Below, piece by piece: positions 37,976 to 52,769 of a stretch of DNA of 64,000 bases. Position numbers and translations under genes: made by a program. The stretch is from Octopus sinensis (lineage: Eukaryota): assembly GCF_006345805.1 (NCBI RefSeq), contig NC_043003.1, positions 103,354,001 through 103,418,000 of the forward strand. The letters are read 5' to 3'. A model generated the notes under the pieces. It did not search any database, was not told the DNA's origin, and saw nothing but the letters and a program-made list of their open reading frames with translations. Within the stretch, counting starts at the first letter, position 1; every line of letters starts with the position of its first letter.

Positions 37976-38982
37976 TATACAACAGGCTTCTTTCAGTTTC
38001 CGGCTACCAAATTCACCCACAAGGTTTGGTCGGCTCTGAACTACAATACAAGTTACTTGCCCAGTGTCACGCAGCAGGACTGAACTTGAGGGGTAAAAAT
38101 AACGGATGATCCTAGAGGAACGTCTTTAATCATAGGTCTGCACAATCAGTCTGACCTAGGGTTAAAGAACAACACTACGCATATTGTACTAATTTCAAAC
38201 ATTTTATGCGTGTCGTTGAAATTTCATTGACACGGTAGTCAGAACTGCATAACATGATGTTATCTCTCTGTGATTTGCTCCAGCTATACCTCGAACGCTA
38301 CATCTCGTTTATTTTTCCCCTTTAAAAATATAGAGTTAATTTCTAAAAGGAAAAGGTTTATAATATTACTTTAAATCGCCCCTGAGTAGAATAGAGTTAA
38401 AATCCTGTCGAGCGAACGAGGTGTGGCTTGTCATTCTCAGTTTTATTCATGCCCTTGAGAAAAAAATGGATGTTGCAACTATGCCGTCACTGTATTATTA
38501 TTTGTTTTAATCAAATGTGTGACATTTTGCTTAATTCAGAAAGCATTACTCATCAGCGCTTGATCAAGAAACTGTTGGAAAATGAACAACATCGAATTTA
38601 GGATGTCGTTGAACTACAAATTCTACAGCTGTGCTGTTTAATAAATGTTGATTTTGCAAAGATAATGACAGCATCCAAACATAATCTCTTGTCTTCTCTA
38701 ATGGCCGCTCTGATTACATTCTTCCTGTTGTCGTTCTGTTGTTTTTATTGCTGTTGTTGTTGTCGCTGTTGCTCTTTGTTGCTGTTATATTTTTTTAATA
38801 TACATATTTCTGCTTCCTTTTTCTTCCTCAAAGATAGTTCACTAGAACAAACAACGTCATTTTACTTCTACTTAAAATGACAATTCAGAGAGAAACATTT
38901 AGAGAAATCATTTATGAATAATGGATGCTAAAACTAGTCATTTATCAAGCAGTAATATCATCACCATCACCATCATCATCAC

Positions 38983-39045
<63 letters not shown>

Positions 39046-39263
39046 CTCGAAATATACCCGAGGCATTTTCTACTTAATTTACATGAATTCACTTTATCAA
39101 TCTTCGCTTCATCTAAAACACAATCAGATGAAATAATATTCCGTTTTTATTTAATAAATGAACACTGGAAATTTACAGCCAAAATATTTGATACATTGTG
39201 AGGTTTAAATAGTTTAAAGACACTGCAACTGTTTAAACATACATATACATACAAATATATATA

Positions 39264-39362
<99 letters not shown>

Positions 39363-39618
39363 GAAACTATGTGCCAACTTAATGTAGCAGTCCCATGAAA
39401 GGAGAGAATTTCTGCTATTTAGCTCTTGACACATTTTCTGTGTCCTTAAGTTTTCAAAGGGGGAACAGAAAATGTGTCAAGACCAACTGGAAACGCTGTT
39501 TCATTGGGCTAAATAGCAGTATCATTCTTCCCTTTCATGGGACTGCCACATTAAGTTCGCAACATAACATCACCTTATCGCGCCGCTACTGTATAAATCT
39601 CTCTGAGAGATTAGAATG

Positions 39619-39697
<79 letters not shown>

Positions 39698-39731
39698 TTA
39701 TAACTATATTAGGTACACACACGCCACCACA

Positions 39732-39768
<37 letters not shown>

Positions 39769-40329
39769 CATATATATATACATATATACATACATATATA
39801 TACATATATATATATCCACACAACACCACACACACACACAATATATATATATATATATATAATATATATATATATATACATATATATGTGTGTGTGTGTG
39901 TTTGTGTGTGTATGTATGTATATTTGTGAGGACAATGAACAAAAGCATAAAAGACAACAACGGGCAGACGAGTTGTAGCAAACGAATTAGTTTCCCGCTT
40001 AAAAAGGAACGGAAAGTCTTCATGTTTCGGGCGTTAGTTCTTCAGCAGAAGAGAAGTTTAGAAAAAAGTAAAAGATGGGTGTAAAAGAGGTAAAAATGAT
40101 TGATAAAAGAGGTGAACGAGATGGTAGCGCCCTGGTGGGAGTTCTATGGGAAGTTAACTAGGGAGGAAGAGTCGAGTGCGTATGAGCATGCATATATAAT
40201 TTAAAAGTGTACTGAAAATCACGACGCGTCAGTAAAGCGTTTGTGCTCAGTAAACAGTTCTCCACTCCACTCCTCCATTCCACACCGTTAGAAAATAACC
40301 CTCGTATCACTGGATGGGTTATCGTGGGA

Positions 40330-40975
40330 GTCAGAGGCAAATTTTATAGTAATAAGAAACGCAGGACAGGCGACTGGTATTCTTAAGAACTTACATAACA
40401 TACACGCATTATTTTAAACAACTTTAAAGAATGCCATAAAATCGAATCATTAAACTCATTAAACCATTGATGCCGAACCACTGTAATTTGTTAAAGATGG
40501 CTCTTCTACGATGAAGTGGTCTCAATTTCGACGCACGGTTTCAAATCACGTCACTTGTTGGACTCCAATATGCTGGACTGAGACTTCGGAGGAAATATAT
40601 TCTAAAATGCTAAACTTCTGGGAAGTTTTACAAATTTTTACTGTTCCTTTGATGCTTGTTTCTGTAAGCTTCAAATTAGCTTTTTCCTTTCTGGTTTTAA
40701 AAACACCTAATTTCCCAAGATTGGTGCCAAGGCAGTTTGTTACATATCCTAGAGATCCAATAATTACAGGTATAAATCTGAACTTGTAATCCGGGTAGCT
40801 GTAGATTTCACAGTGGTTCAGAGTGTTTTCTTTTCCGCTGGTCTTTAACTTTATGCTGACATCTGCGAGGCAACTGATTTCCATGACTGTACACAGAATC
40901 TCTTCTCTGTCTCAAATTACTATGTCTGGGCTATTATCTCGCATTATGGGACGAAAGTATTACACATAGGATACA
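40330..40975 (-). mobile_element. RLE-type (R4/Dong or NeSL-like) non-LTR retrotransposon 3' fragment
   Basis: Translates NSPDIVI*DREEILCTVMEISCLADVSIKLK...FIPVIIGSLGYV...GTVKICK, a PD-(D/E)xK restriction-like endonuclease pattern. Confidence 0.7.
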
Positions 40976-41619
40976 ATACATACATACATGCATGCATACA
41001 TACATACATACATACATACATACATACATACATACATACATACATACATACATACATACAAAAATACATGCATGCATATATACATACATATACACGTAGG
41101 TACGTGTTTGTGTGTGTGTACGAATGTGTTAAATAATTTTAAAGTGTTAGAAAAGTCTCTGCATTCCGTTATTCAAAAATGGATTTTCTTTGCTAAAGTA
41201 ATGAATATTTCACATAAAGCCATTCGCTCTACAGTTATATTTCACTTGTTTAGAATCCTCTTTGGATTTCTACTTTGCTTGATAATTAGCTCTAGAATTT
41301 TCATAAACACACACACACACACACACACGTATATATGTATGCGCATTTTATGTCGAATTTATAACTATATGAGTATGATTGCTTAGTTTGAGTTTATATC
41401 TTAATTCTTATTCATTACGACGATCGTTTCGATCCATGCTGCAGGTGTCCGTTATGGGTAGCATTTTCTGTGCATCTTAGTGTTTGCATCAATCTGTGCA
41501 GTTTGTGTCACATCTGCTACATGCATAAAGAAAGGGATGTCCCACTGGATATACTGAGATGTTCTAAGCACAGTGTTCGTGCCTACTGTATTATATATAT
41601 ATATAATACAAAAATGTGA

Positions 41620-41822
41620 CCTCGTGTATACCGTTGGCGATTTTTTTTCCTCTGTCTTCCCTTCTCGGGATCTTTCCTTCTCCTATGTTTCCGACGAAGA
41701 GCTCCGCTCGGAACGTTAAACCCTCCTTCTTCCCTTCTTTCCTGAGCGTCCAATAATACTATATTTGTTCCACGTCCTCGCGTTGTTGTTGTTTTTTTTT
41801 GTTTTCTTGTTTGGATTAACTA
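41620..41822 (+). mobile_element. Short (TA)n-flanked element with a variant HHR
   Basis: TTT CCGACGA A GAGC-TCC-GCTC GGA ACGT T AAA at about 41688-41720 (U4C and A13G). Confidence 0.7.
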
Positions 41823-41846
41823 TATATATATATATATATATATATA

Positions 41847-42002
41847 GGAGTGGCTGTGTGGTAAGTAGCTTGCTAACCAACCTCATGGTTCCGGGTTCAG
41901 TCCCACTGCGTGGCATCTTGGGCAAGTGTCTTCTGCTATAGCCCCGGGCCGACCAATGCCTTGTGAGTGGATTTGGTAGACGGAAACTGAAAGAAGCCTG
42001 TC

Positions 42003-42044
<42 letters not shown>

Positions 42045-42215
42045 CTGATGCTGGTGTGTTTACGTCCCGGTCACTTAGCGGTTCGACAAAAGAGACCAAT
42101 AGAATAAGTTCTGGGCTTACAAAGAATAAGTCCCAGGGTCGATTTGCTCTACTAAAGGCGGTGCTCCAGCATGGCCGCAGTCAAATGACTGAAACAAAGT
42201 AAAAGAGTAAAAGAG
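41847..42215 (+). mobile_element. SINE family A, full length and well preserved
   Basis: GGAGTGGCTGTGTGGTAAGTAGC head through ...GACTGAAACAAAGTAAAAGAG tail. Confidence 0.88.
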
Positions 42216-42994
42216 TATATATATATACATAAGAATTAAGATATAAACTCAAATTAGGCAACCATACTTATACAGTAATAAATTCGACGCATACATATAT
42301 ATTAATACATGTCGACACATATGAATATTTTTTTTTTATATTTATGAAATATAAATACATATATAAATATACATAAAACTACATTTAATAAAAACCCATG
42401 TGGGATACATATGGAAGGAAGTGTGAGAAAAAGGAAACTGGTAAAACATTTTTTGTACTAAAATTCAGAGCGGTCAAGAGTTTCAATTAAAAGATCCACA
42501 GAGCTCGATGTGTTTTTTTAATATATAAATGGTATATAAAGTATATAAGGTATATAATACAGTCCGAGGAAGTCCACTTTCTAAGCCCGTTTCTTGCTAG
42601 AAATATTAAAAGAAAATCTTACAAACCATGCGCACGATGTCCACTCTATCAGGAAAGGGTTGTCTCGGGTTCGACCCACGTAAGAAAGAACAATATATAT
42701 ATATACAGCTTCAAATAGACCTACACATGTCAATACTGCATCAGTTAATAACCGTTGCAATTGCAGTTTCTTCGGAGTCTTTGTGCATCCCGAAGTTTTA
42801 TCAGTGAACAGGTCGCGGTCTCAAAGCGACAAAAATATTTTGACAAATTAAATTTACAAGTTGAAGTGAATCTAACGGTTTTTGTGTGTTTCTTAAATGG
42901 CTTTTAAACACCTTCCACGCTGCAATTGTTTGCGTTCCAGCGCACAATCTCAGATCAAGTCACTCGCTATGCAAGTACATCTCCGTAATATATT

Positions 42995-43062
<68 letters not shown>

Positions 43063-43358
43063 CGACGAGAGAGACAGACAGACAGACAGACAGATAGATA
43101 GATATACGTATGTATACAACACACACATATAATATATGTTATACGCTATATATAATATACATGTATATGTTATATATGTATATATATGTACATGTACATA
43201 TGTTATATATGTACAGGTATTATATATATGTATATATATATATATAGATAATATATAAATATATATATATATAGTATATATATATATATATTTATATATA
43301 TTTATATATATATATATTTATTGTATATATATTTATATATATATATATAATATATAAT

Positions 43359-43390
<32 letters not shown>

Positions 43391-43875
43391 ACACATTACA
43401 TGTATATTTAATATATATAGATTTCAGTGTGTGTATCCTGAGTGTGTACATACAGATATATACATGTGCGTTATACTTACTGTTATGTATGTATATAATT
43501 ACACACGAACACACACACACACACACACACCTACACACACGTATGCGCGTGAAGCATACTTACATATAGGTGAATACTGGTATATGACAATACCTATAGT
43601 GTGTGCATGTGTGTATAGAAAAGTGTATATATTAGATTTATTCATTCATAGCTAAGGTTTTCTTTTATCTCTACTTTGAGTATATTGCGACATACATACA
43701 TAGAAAATAAATCCCGCCCGGAGAAAATCGTGACAATTCCGGAAATAACCGAACTGGAAATAAAAGTTTTCTCGACACCACAGAAGAAAAATGATCCAAG
43801 ATGTCATCCGATTGATTAAATCAGAAAATAGATTTTCATCTGTCTATTTCAGAATTTTAATGATACATGCATATG

Positions 43876-43918
<43 letters not shown>

Positions 43919-43999
43919 ATATATATATATATTATATATATATATATAATATTATATATATATATACATATATATACATACATATATATATTTTATATA

Positions 44000-44038
<39 letters not shown>

Positions 44039-44079
44039 TATATTATACATACATATATATATATATATATACATATATT

Positions 44080-44111
<32 letters not shown>

Positions 44112-44340
44112 CACATGTATGTATGTACGTATGTATATATACATATATATATGATAAATATATATATATGTATATAAGTATACATATAAATTTATGTGTG
44201 TGTGTATGAATATCTGTCTATGTGTGTGTAATCTATAATATATTATATATATATATGATATATATAACACACGCATATATATATATAAATATGTATTGTA
44301 TTTATATTTCAATATATATATATATATATATAATTATATC

Positions 44341-44371
<31 letters not shown>

Positions 44372-45159
44372 AATATACGTATACATATATGTATGTATAC
44401 ATACATATATGCATATATGTAGATAGATATGTGTGTGTGTGTCTGTTACTTGGATACGTATTCTATCATTTTAATTGTTTCTTCTAATTTCATACACATT
44501 CATATGTGTAGATGTACATATATATACATATATACACATACACACAGGGGGGTGTTATATGTAATCTGTGTATATGTCCAGATAAGTAAGTACGGATGCA
44601 TCTATCTTTTCGTCAAATCGCCATTGAATACGAGTTTGTTGTACTGAAATATGTTGCAGATAGCTTAATGTATGGAAGCCTAAGTCCATCAGAAGTTTTA
44701 TGTATTAGGATTACATATGTTACTCTTACGATTAGAACTTTATAGATTGCAAATAACATTGCAGATATCTTCTTTTTTTTGTCTTACGACACACTCCCAT
44801 ACAATAAACATCTAAAGAAATAAGTACAAACACACACACACACACACACGTACATGCACATCTGGACGCACAGGCACATATGCATGCATATGTGTGTGTG
44901 CGCGCGTGTGTGGCTTTGTATATGATATATATATATATTTATGGCAATACTTATTGATCCGAGGGGAGGCAATGTGAGCAGCAACTAAAGGAACATTACA
45001 AAATTCACAGAAAGATCAAACACATACATCTTTATACATAAAACTGAAGTTGTGTGAGAGTCTGTCTCCTCCGATTTAGATTCCTAAATACTCCCACATT
45101 TTGCGGTGCAGTTTAACCAAAAGCGGGTATCTTATAGTTGTGATTCATATCGAGCCCTT

Positions 45160-45335
45160 CTGGGTATTAGCGCGCGTCTACGATGAGTCTACGACTTTTA
45201 AAAAAATTTACCATCATTTTTTTCGTTTTTTTAATGCATTTTTTGCTCGGTTTATATAAGGGAAGTAACTCTCTAAAAATGCTTATATAGTTATTTCCCT
45301 TACAAACCCGAGCAACGCCGGGCGATACTGCTAGT
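45160..45335 (+). mobile_element. Non-autonomous Helitron 3' end
   Basis: Subterminal hairpin CCCGAGCAACGCCGGG, then CTAG|T at 45331-45335. Confidence 0.7.
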
Positions 45336-45724
45336 ATATTCATATATTCATTTATATCTACAAAACAGATATAATGTCCGACGTTTAAAAATATAATAAT
45401 ATATAAATATATAAACATCATATCAAAATATAAATATATATATATAATATATATTTATCCCCACTTATTATCCCCAATTATTTAACTTACCTTCTTTTCT
45501 ACATTTAAATTGTATCTACCAGAAAATTAAACTAAGAGTATATTTTGCGTATGTTTTAGTACGTAGTATTCTGTAAGAAAAGGTTCACATGATTTTTTTT
45601 TTCTTTTTTATATTTTGAACATATTTGTTCTCCATATCACTCTCCCTAATCCTACGTTCATGTCTGTTCTACACACACAAACACACATGTATGCATATAT
45701 GTATGTATATATATACACATATGT

Positions 45725-45770
<46 letters not shown>

Positions 45771-45889
45771 ATCACGGACTCTCTCGTCGTTAGACTTTAT
45801 ATGAGAGTTCGGAAATTTCTTACTGAACAGCTACACAGATGATTCGTTTATAGTGATCAAATGTTTGTGTTCATATAAGCTGACTCCCT

Positions 45890-46060
45890 CCATCAAATCG
45901 ACATTTCTTGTGTAGGTGCACCATGTGCTACATGTCAGATTACGAAATGATCGCAGAGCAACGTGAAATGAAGCGGTTTGCTCAAGAACACAACGCAACA
46001 CCCGGTCTGGGAATCGAACCCACGATCTCGTAATCGTGAGTGCAGCACCCTACACACTCA

Positions 46061-46065
<5 letters not shown>
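45890..46065 (-). mobile_element. tRNA-headed SINE (partial)
   Basis: Head and body shared with 47935-48180. Confidence 0.65.
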
Positions 46066-46099
<34 letters not shown>

Positions 46100-46523
46100 T
46101 ATCTTTTATTGGTTTTGGTCACTCGACTGCACCGATATTGGTGCACCGCTTTGAAGAATTTTAGTCGACTGAATCGACCCAGTACTTTTGTAAAGCCTGG
46201 TACTTATTTTATCGGTTACTTTTGCCGAATCGCTAGGTTGCATGGACGGAAACACACCGACACCGGTGGAAGACAAATACAGACACTGGGACACACACGG
46301 TTAGACTGCATTCAGTTTCTGTTGACCAAATGCTTTGGTCGATTCGAGGCTATTTTAGAATACACTTGCCCAAGGGTGCCGCTCAATGAGATTGAACCCG
46401 AAACCGTGTGGTTGGGAATCAAGAAAAAGTTTAATAAACATGTTCACTACTAGAAAGTATGGAATAGTTAACTTGTTTTCTTTTCATACAACTGTGAAAC
46501 ATCACACACACACACACACACAC

Positions 46524-46566
<43 letters not shown>

Positions 46567-47017
46567 ACACATATATATATATATATATAGTACAAGCAAT
46601 TAAGATTCAAGTGAGTTCTGTTGAATTCACATGAATGAGGTACTTAACTTAGATGCACCAGAAATCTATATGGTATTAACCATAAGATAATGCGGGGTGA
46701 TTATAAACAAGAAAAAAGCAACAAAAATGGATCAATATTTCGGTACTATTGTTTCGTACGAATATTTGCAGCCTTAATAAAGGTGGTCTTCGTACGAAAC
46801 AATTGTACCGAAATATTGATCCATTGTTGTTGCTTTTTTCTTGTATATATATATATAGTCATATGTTTTTTTTTGCTAACGATTTCTTTCATACTTCCTC
46901 CATTCGTCCTTTTTCTTCCTTCAATTCTTTTTCCTTCTCTTATAGTCCGACTTTCCTTCTTTGTTGTTTTTTTCCTTTTATTTCTTTTATTTTTGCTTTA
47001 CTCCTAATGACATCTAT

Positions 47018-47056
<39 letters not shown>

Positions 47057-47066
47057 ATATATATAT

Positions 47067-47113
<47 letters not shown>

Positions 47114-47934
47114 CGAACTTATTAACTTTAGCAAACTTCGTTTCCTTGAAGAGACGCAATTCAAAACATAAGGAAACATCGAATGAAATAAACCTGCTTT
47201 TCTTTATTTTAACATTGCGTTATACTTTTTTAATTTGGAATTTCTTCGATTGTTTGTTTCGGATGATCTCTTCTCCATCTCGCCATCTCCCTCTTTCCTC
47301 ATCGCCGTTCCTCCACTTTCCATCTCTTCTCTTCTCCCTCATTCCGTTTCTCCACTCTTCTCCTTGTTATACAAGAGTGCCTGTGCGGATATATGTGTAT
47401 ACAAACACACACACGCGTACACACACACACACACACATACACACATATATATATATATATTATATATATATATATACACATATATACACACACACATATA
47501 TATATACATATATATATACACACATATATTTGTATTGAGATATATATATATATATATATACATGCATACATGTTCAAATATATATGTTCATACATGTGTG
47601 TGTATATATATATGTATGTGTGTGTGTATGTGTGCGTGTATGAACATACAGGTATGTATGTACGTAAGCAGGCAAACTTTGGTGACTAGTTTACAGAGGT
47701 TACATATGTATATGTGTTATATATTCTTACAAATTCACATATATATATATACATATGTGTGTGAAAGGAAGAGAGAGAACGTGTGTGCATGTTTGGGTGT
47801 GTGAATATGTATATTTTAAATAAAGCATATTACTCTATCTCTGGTATTTGAGTACTCACTTTTTCCCACCTTGTTTCACATTTGTGTTTACTCCGGTATA
47901 TATATATATACATATATATAATATATTATAATAT

Positions 47935-48180
47935 AAATGTGCCCTTTTAAAGCCTATCCAGGCTCATGGGCCCGGTTTCCCGGTTTCAATGGCGTATATG
48001 TTCCTCAGCTGGATGGAACGCCAGTCCATCGCAGCATTACTCATTTTTGCCAGCTGAGTGGACTGGAGCAACGTGAAATGAAGTGTTTTGCTCAAGAACA
48101 CAACGCGTCGCCCGGACCAGGAATCGAAACCACAATCTTACGATCATGATGCTGACACCCTAACCATTAAGCCACGCGCT
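47935..48180 (-). mobile_element. tRNA-headed SINE with CORE/V-like centre
   Basis: GCGCGTGGCTTAATGGTTAGG...GGTTTCGATTCC; GTTGCTCCAGTCCACTCAGCTG; GCGATGGACTGGCG. Confidence 0.75.
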
Positions 48181-48243
48181 TCCAATATAACAAAGATAAC
48201 AAAAGAAAGAAAGAGACCTCAATATTATGTAAATAGAGGAATT

Positions 48244-48443
48244 TATCTGTAAATGTAATATGTGACAATTATTCGGTAGCCATGATAAAACTTCGGATGC
48301 CGAGGTGGACATTTTTTTTTCATAGCGTTTTTCCGATGGCCGGATAACTGAACAGATAGTGGTATGGATTTCCACCTCGGCATCCGAAACTCGAAGTTTT
48401 ATCTTGGCTACCGAATAATTGTCACATATTACATTTACAGATA
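48244..48443. repeat. Foldback with arms of about 66-73 bp, overlapping a degenerate HHR
   Basis: TATCTGTAAATGTAATATGTGACAATTATTCGGTAGCC... pairs with ...GGCTACCGAATAATTGTCACATATTACATTTACAGATA. Confidence 0.85.
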
Positions 48444-48672
48444 TATATACATATATGTATGTATGTTTGTATGTTTGTATGTATGTATGTATGTATGTAT
48501 GTATGATGTTTGTATGTATGTATGTATGTATGTATGTATGTATGTATGTATGTATGTATGTATGTATGTTTGTATGTATGTATGTGTGTATGTATTCTAA
48601 TACCAAATTATCAATTCCTTTGTTCATGACATGAATGACTATGCTGTATTTCAATTTTTTCTTCATTTCCAG

Positions 48673-48738
48673 CTACAAGATTGTTCCGTTCATGACGAAC
48701 CGAGGACTAATTCAGACCTGCCAACTAATATCGCTTGT
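48673..48738 (+). CDS. Internal small exon F, 66 nt, phase 0-0: LQDCSVHDEPRTNSDLPTNIAC
   Basis: Acceptor aattttttcttcatttccag|, donor TGT|gtaagt; open in frame 0. Confidence 0.65.
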
Positions 48739-48934
48739 GTAAGTATGCCACATTGTCTAAAACACAAACCATAGAACTAAAGAATTATACAAGATTTCAT
48801 TTTTTTGTATATTTCAGACTAATAACGCTGTTCTTAGAAATAAAATATTATTTATTTAAATTATAGACGGGTTCATAAAATGTTCCTTTTGCAGCCGTAT
48901 GTTTTGATTTTTAGACACATTCCGAATACCTATT

Positions 48935-49170
48935 TCTATTTCTTTACTACCCACAAGGGGCTAAACACAGAAGGGACAAACAAGGACAGACAAACGGATT
49001 AAGTCGATTATATCGACCCCAGTGCGTAACTGGTACTTATTTAATCGACCCCGAAAGGATGAAAGGCAAAGTCGACCTCGGCAGAATTTGAACTGAGAAC
49101 GTAATAGCAGACGAAATACGGCTACGCATTTCGCCCGGCGTGCTAACGATTCTGCCAGCTCACTGCCTTC
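48935..49170 (-). mobile_element. SINE family B
   Basis: Reverse complement of the family at 20083-20312. Confidence 0.85.
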
Positions 49171-50537
49171 ACATTCCGAATACCTTGAATAAGTATTCTT
49201 ATGCCTCCAGATAACTAGTGTGTTGTCAGTGAAATTTGATAGAAGGTAAAATATAGCTGTCGTGGTTTCGATTTCCACACCGGTAGTGTGTTATATTCTT
49301 GAGTAAAATACCTTTATTTCTCGCTGCCCCAGTTCACTCATCTGTAGATGGTTACCCAGTGACGGACTGGTGTCACAGACCACCCATCGGGTACGAGGAA
49401 GCACATTGTGACAACATTTGATAGTCTTGTCGATACACATCCATGCAGAGTTGGCATATGTATTCAGAATTGACTGGACTGAGAATTCTTCCATTTCAAA
49501 ATCCCGTCCATTCTCGTAGAAGTCACACGAGTGATTCCATCAGAGACAATAACTCGCTACTCATTAAAAAATAGTAAATAATATATATTAAAAACTATTA
49601 CGTTCATAACGTAGAAGTTAGGGTGGAAAACCTGACATAAAAGGACATAGACTGAGGGTTTTAACGATAGGGGCCGACGAAAAAGGGATACAGTTGCTCT
49701 CTTGCTTACAGAAATGAGATGTGATGAACCACTTACAAATGTATTTAAGCAATTAGTTTCTGAAAAGTGTCGCCCATGTTCTAGATCGAACGTAAGTTTT
49801 CAACACCGCAATGTATTAATTAATATAATCCTTATATGTAGTCTGAGATATCGATTTGATGAAATATATCTCAAGAGATGTCGGCAGACATTGTAGAAAG
49901 TTTTCAAGTTATTTACCAAAAGACCGTGAAGAATGTTAATGAAATGAAATACAGCATTAAAATAATCAACTTGGTGGCTGTTATATAACTGAAAGTCGTA
50001 ATCTACTTAAATAAAGGTATCAGAATAGTATTAATAGCAGGAAATCCTGATAGAATTCCGTTTATCCAACTTCAATTGCAGAGATAAGATGATTAGCTAT
50101 AGGGGTGGATTGCGTAATATCAAACCAAAAAAAAAATGGAAGGTAATGAATGTTTCCATGATAAATCTACATCAATTAAATCATGCATTAAATAAATTAT
50201 ATTGTGATTAATTTAGCTTAAAGACGATCAGTATGCTAGAGCATTCTCTAAAAATAGAGGTGATGAATATGAATTAATTTTAGGCAGGAAGTCAACTCGT
50301 TTGACACTGAGGAAGTTATGGAAGCTTCCTAATTAGCAGACTACGTTGACAATATAACCTGCTTGGTTCTGGACATCACATTATTCTTAATTTAGAAGGG
50401 CAACCGAAACGGAAAGCTTCTCTGTCGAGTTAACTCTGAACATAGATGACCTACGTTATCTAGCTACAAGTAAACCTCATTATTTAATACAGACATACAT
50501 ATATGTGTGTGGCGTGGTGTGTGTGTGCGTCTGTCTC

Positions 50538-50596
<59 letters not shown>

Positions 50597-51159
50597 GGCA
50601 GCTACCATACAATAAGACTCCGGCGCTGAGATACATTCAAGCTCTCATATAATAACTTAGATATGACTTAAATTAACCAAGGAAATGGGCAGATCGTGAC
50701 GCCATCCTGGATTCTTTTCTATGTCTTCTTTCAGAAGAAAAGTCTGTCATCTTAGGAAACAGGTATTTGTAGAATCTAGAAATAGCGACGCAAGGGATGG
50801 CAGCCAATTGCATTCTCATCTGCGCGCGCGTAAGTGTGTGTGTATGTGTATGCGTGTGTGTGCATGTGTGCGCGCGCGCGGGCGTGTGTTGTACATATAT
50901 CCATATCTATATGCATATTAGCTACCTATCTATACAAACAAGCACACACATATGTATGTATGTGTCAACATATATATATGTATATGTGTATGTATGTATA
51001 TATGTACGTATGTATATATGTATGCTAGAGTATACTATTATAAATTTAGGCTCGTAACACACAATTCATGCTACCGAACGGTCTCATATCAAGCAACTTT
51101 TTAAGTGTGGAAAGGTAATTCGACACTCTCAATATATTATTTTTTTATTATTATTATTG

Positions 51160-51635
51160 AGTGAGAGAGCAGTGCATGCCATCAAAGTGACACTGGGGTA
51201 AAATATACGAAGCCCAGTATACCCATCACGACTACCCATCTGATAAGGGTAAACCAGACACATGCATCACAACCATATATGCGCGACATGGTGATCTCAT
51301 ATCAAGATAAACAGTACATGACCTTGCAGGTGGGGCCCAATTAGAATTTCCTTCAGGTTGAGTAGCCCATCCCGCTCAAACGGTCCTTGAATAAGGGTTG
51401 TTTAAGGATGTTGAAAGAACCACCCATGTTTCCAGAGGTGAACTATTCAAACCCCAAAGAATCCCTCTCAACATATGGCTATGATGCTCCCCCACTACTT
51501 CTGCTCGTGATCAGAGATGCACATATCATCAGCCACCAAGGGACATGCTTAACTGGTTAAAGTCAAACAACTGACAAGCAAATCTGTGGTATTGAGCAGA
51601 ATATTTGCTGTAGCCCATCTTTTATACCAAGACAA
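51160..51635 (-). mobile_element. Interspersed repeat (family D) with an (AAT)n tail; partial second copy at about 16180-16345
   Basis: Shared CAGCAAATATTCTGCTCAA..CACAGATTTGCTTGTCAGTTGTTTGAC...GGGATTCTTTGGGGTTT. Confidence 0.65.
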
Positions 51636-51691
<56 letters not shown>

Positions 51692-51703
51692 TATTATTAT
51701 TAT

Positions 51704-52244
51704 TTAAGATGTCGCATAGTAATCAATATCGTGATGTTGTTGATTGCTGATAATGTGTCTACGGGGGGTTTGTAGTGTCTGTCAAGCCTCAGACGGACAG
51801 TTCTTTACGCGATGTGCATGCAGTTCCAAGTAATGCCGACTTTTGCAATACACGTAGATTGTAGGGTATTTCTAAAGCTTCTAGATACTTTTCCAGGTTG
51901 GGTGGTATTGAACCCAATGCTCCGATGACAACAGGAAAACCTTTATGTTTGACTCTCGTAGCTCCCACATCTTGACCATCTCAATTCGCAGGTCTCCATA
52001 TTTGTCAAACTTTCCTCTTTCATGATGACACTGTCACGTCGATTATTAAGCACTCTTGTTTGTCCCCACTAAAAGTTACTATGTCCGTCTTCGGTGCTCT
52101 GACACCTTGTCTGTCTGAAAGTCAAATCCCTGAGGATTTTTGCCTTCCCCTTTTCGTCCATTACCTTTACCGGTGTATGTTGGTACCAAGCACCTGTTAT
52201 CTCGTATCCATACTTTCGATATAGTAGCCAGTGAAAGTTTTAGG
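51704..52244 (-). mobile_element. R4/Dong-like RLE LINE, 5'-truncated, 3' end abutting (TAA)n
   Basis: Pieces translate DFQTDKVSEHRR...IIDV...PVVIGALGSIPPNLEKYLEALEIPYNLRVLQKSALLGTAH. Confidence 0.8.
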
Positions 52245-52309
52245 CTATTGTTATTGTTGTTGTTGCTGTTGTTGTTGTGTTGTTGTTGCTGCTGCTGCTG
52301 TTGTTGTTA

Positions 52310-52713
52310 AGGCGGCGAGCTGGCAGAGTCATTAGTACGCCGGGCGAATTGCTTAGCGGTATTTCGTCTGTCATTATGTTCTGAGTTCAAATTCCGCCGA
52401 GGTCGACTTTGCCTTTCATCGTTTCGGGGTCAATTAAATAAGTTCCAGTTACGCACTGGGGTCGATATAATCGACTTAATCCGTTTGTCTGTCCTTGTTT
52501 GTCCCCTCTGTGTTTATCCCCTTGTGGGCAGTAAAGAAGTAGGTATTTCGTCCGTCTTCACGTTCTGTATTGAAATTCCGCTGAGGTTGGCTTTGCCTTT
52601 CATCCTTTCGAGGTCGAAGTACCAGTTGAGCACTGGGCTTGATATAATCGATTTACGCCCTCCCTCAAAATTGTTGGCTTTCTACCAAAATTTGAAGTCA
52701 TTATCATAATTGA

Positions 52714-52769
<56 letters not shown>

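Noticed and set aside
50735-50762. 28-nt segment with good acceptor and donor
   Set aside because: Not a multiple of 3 and has a stop in frame 0; could only be a UTR or poison exon, with no supporting evidence.
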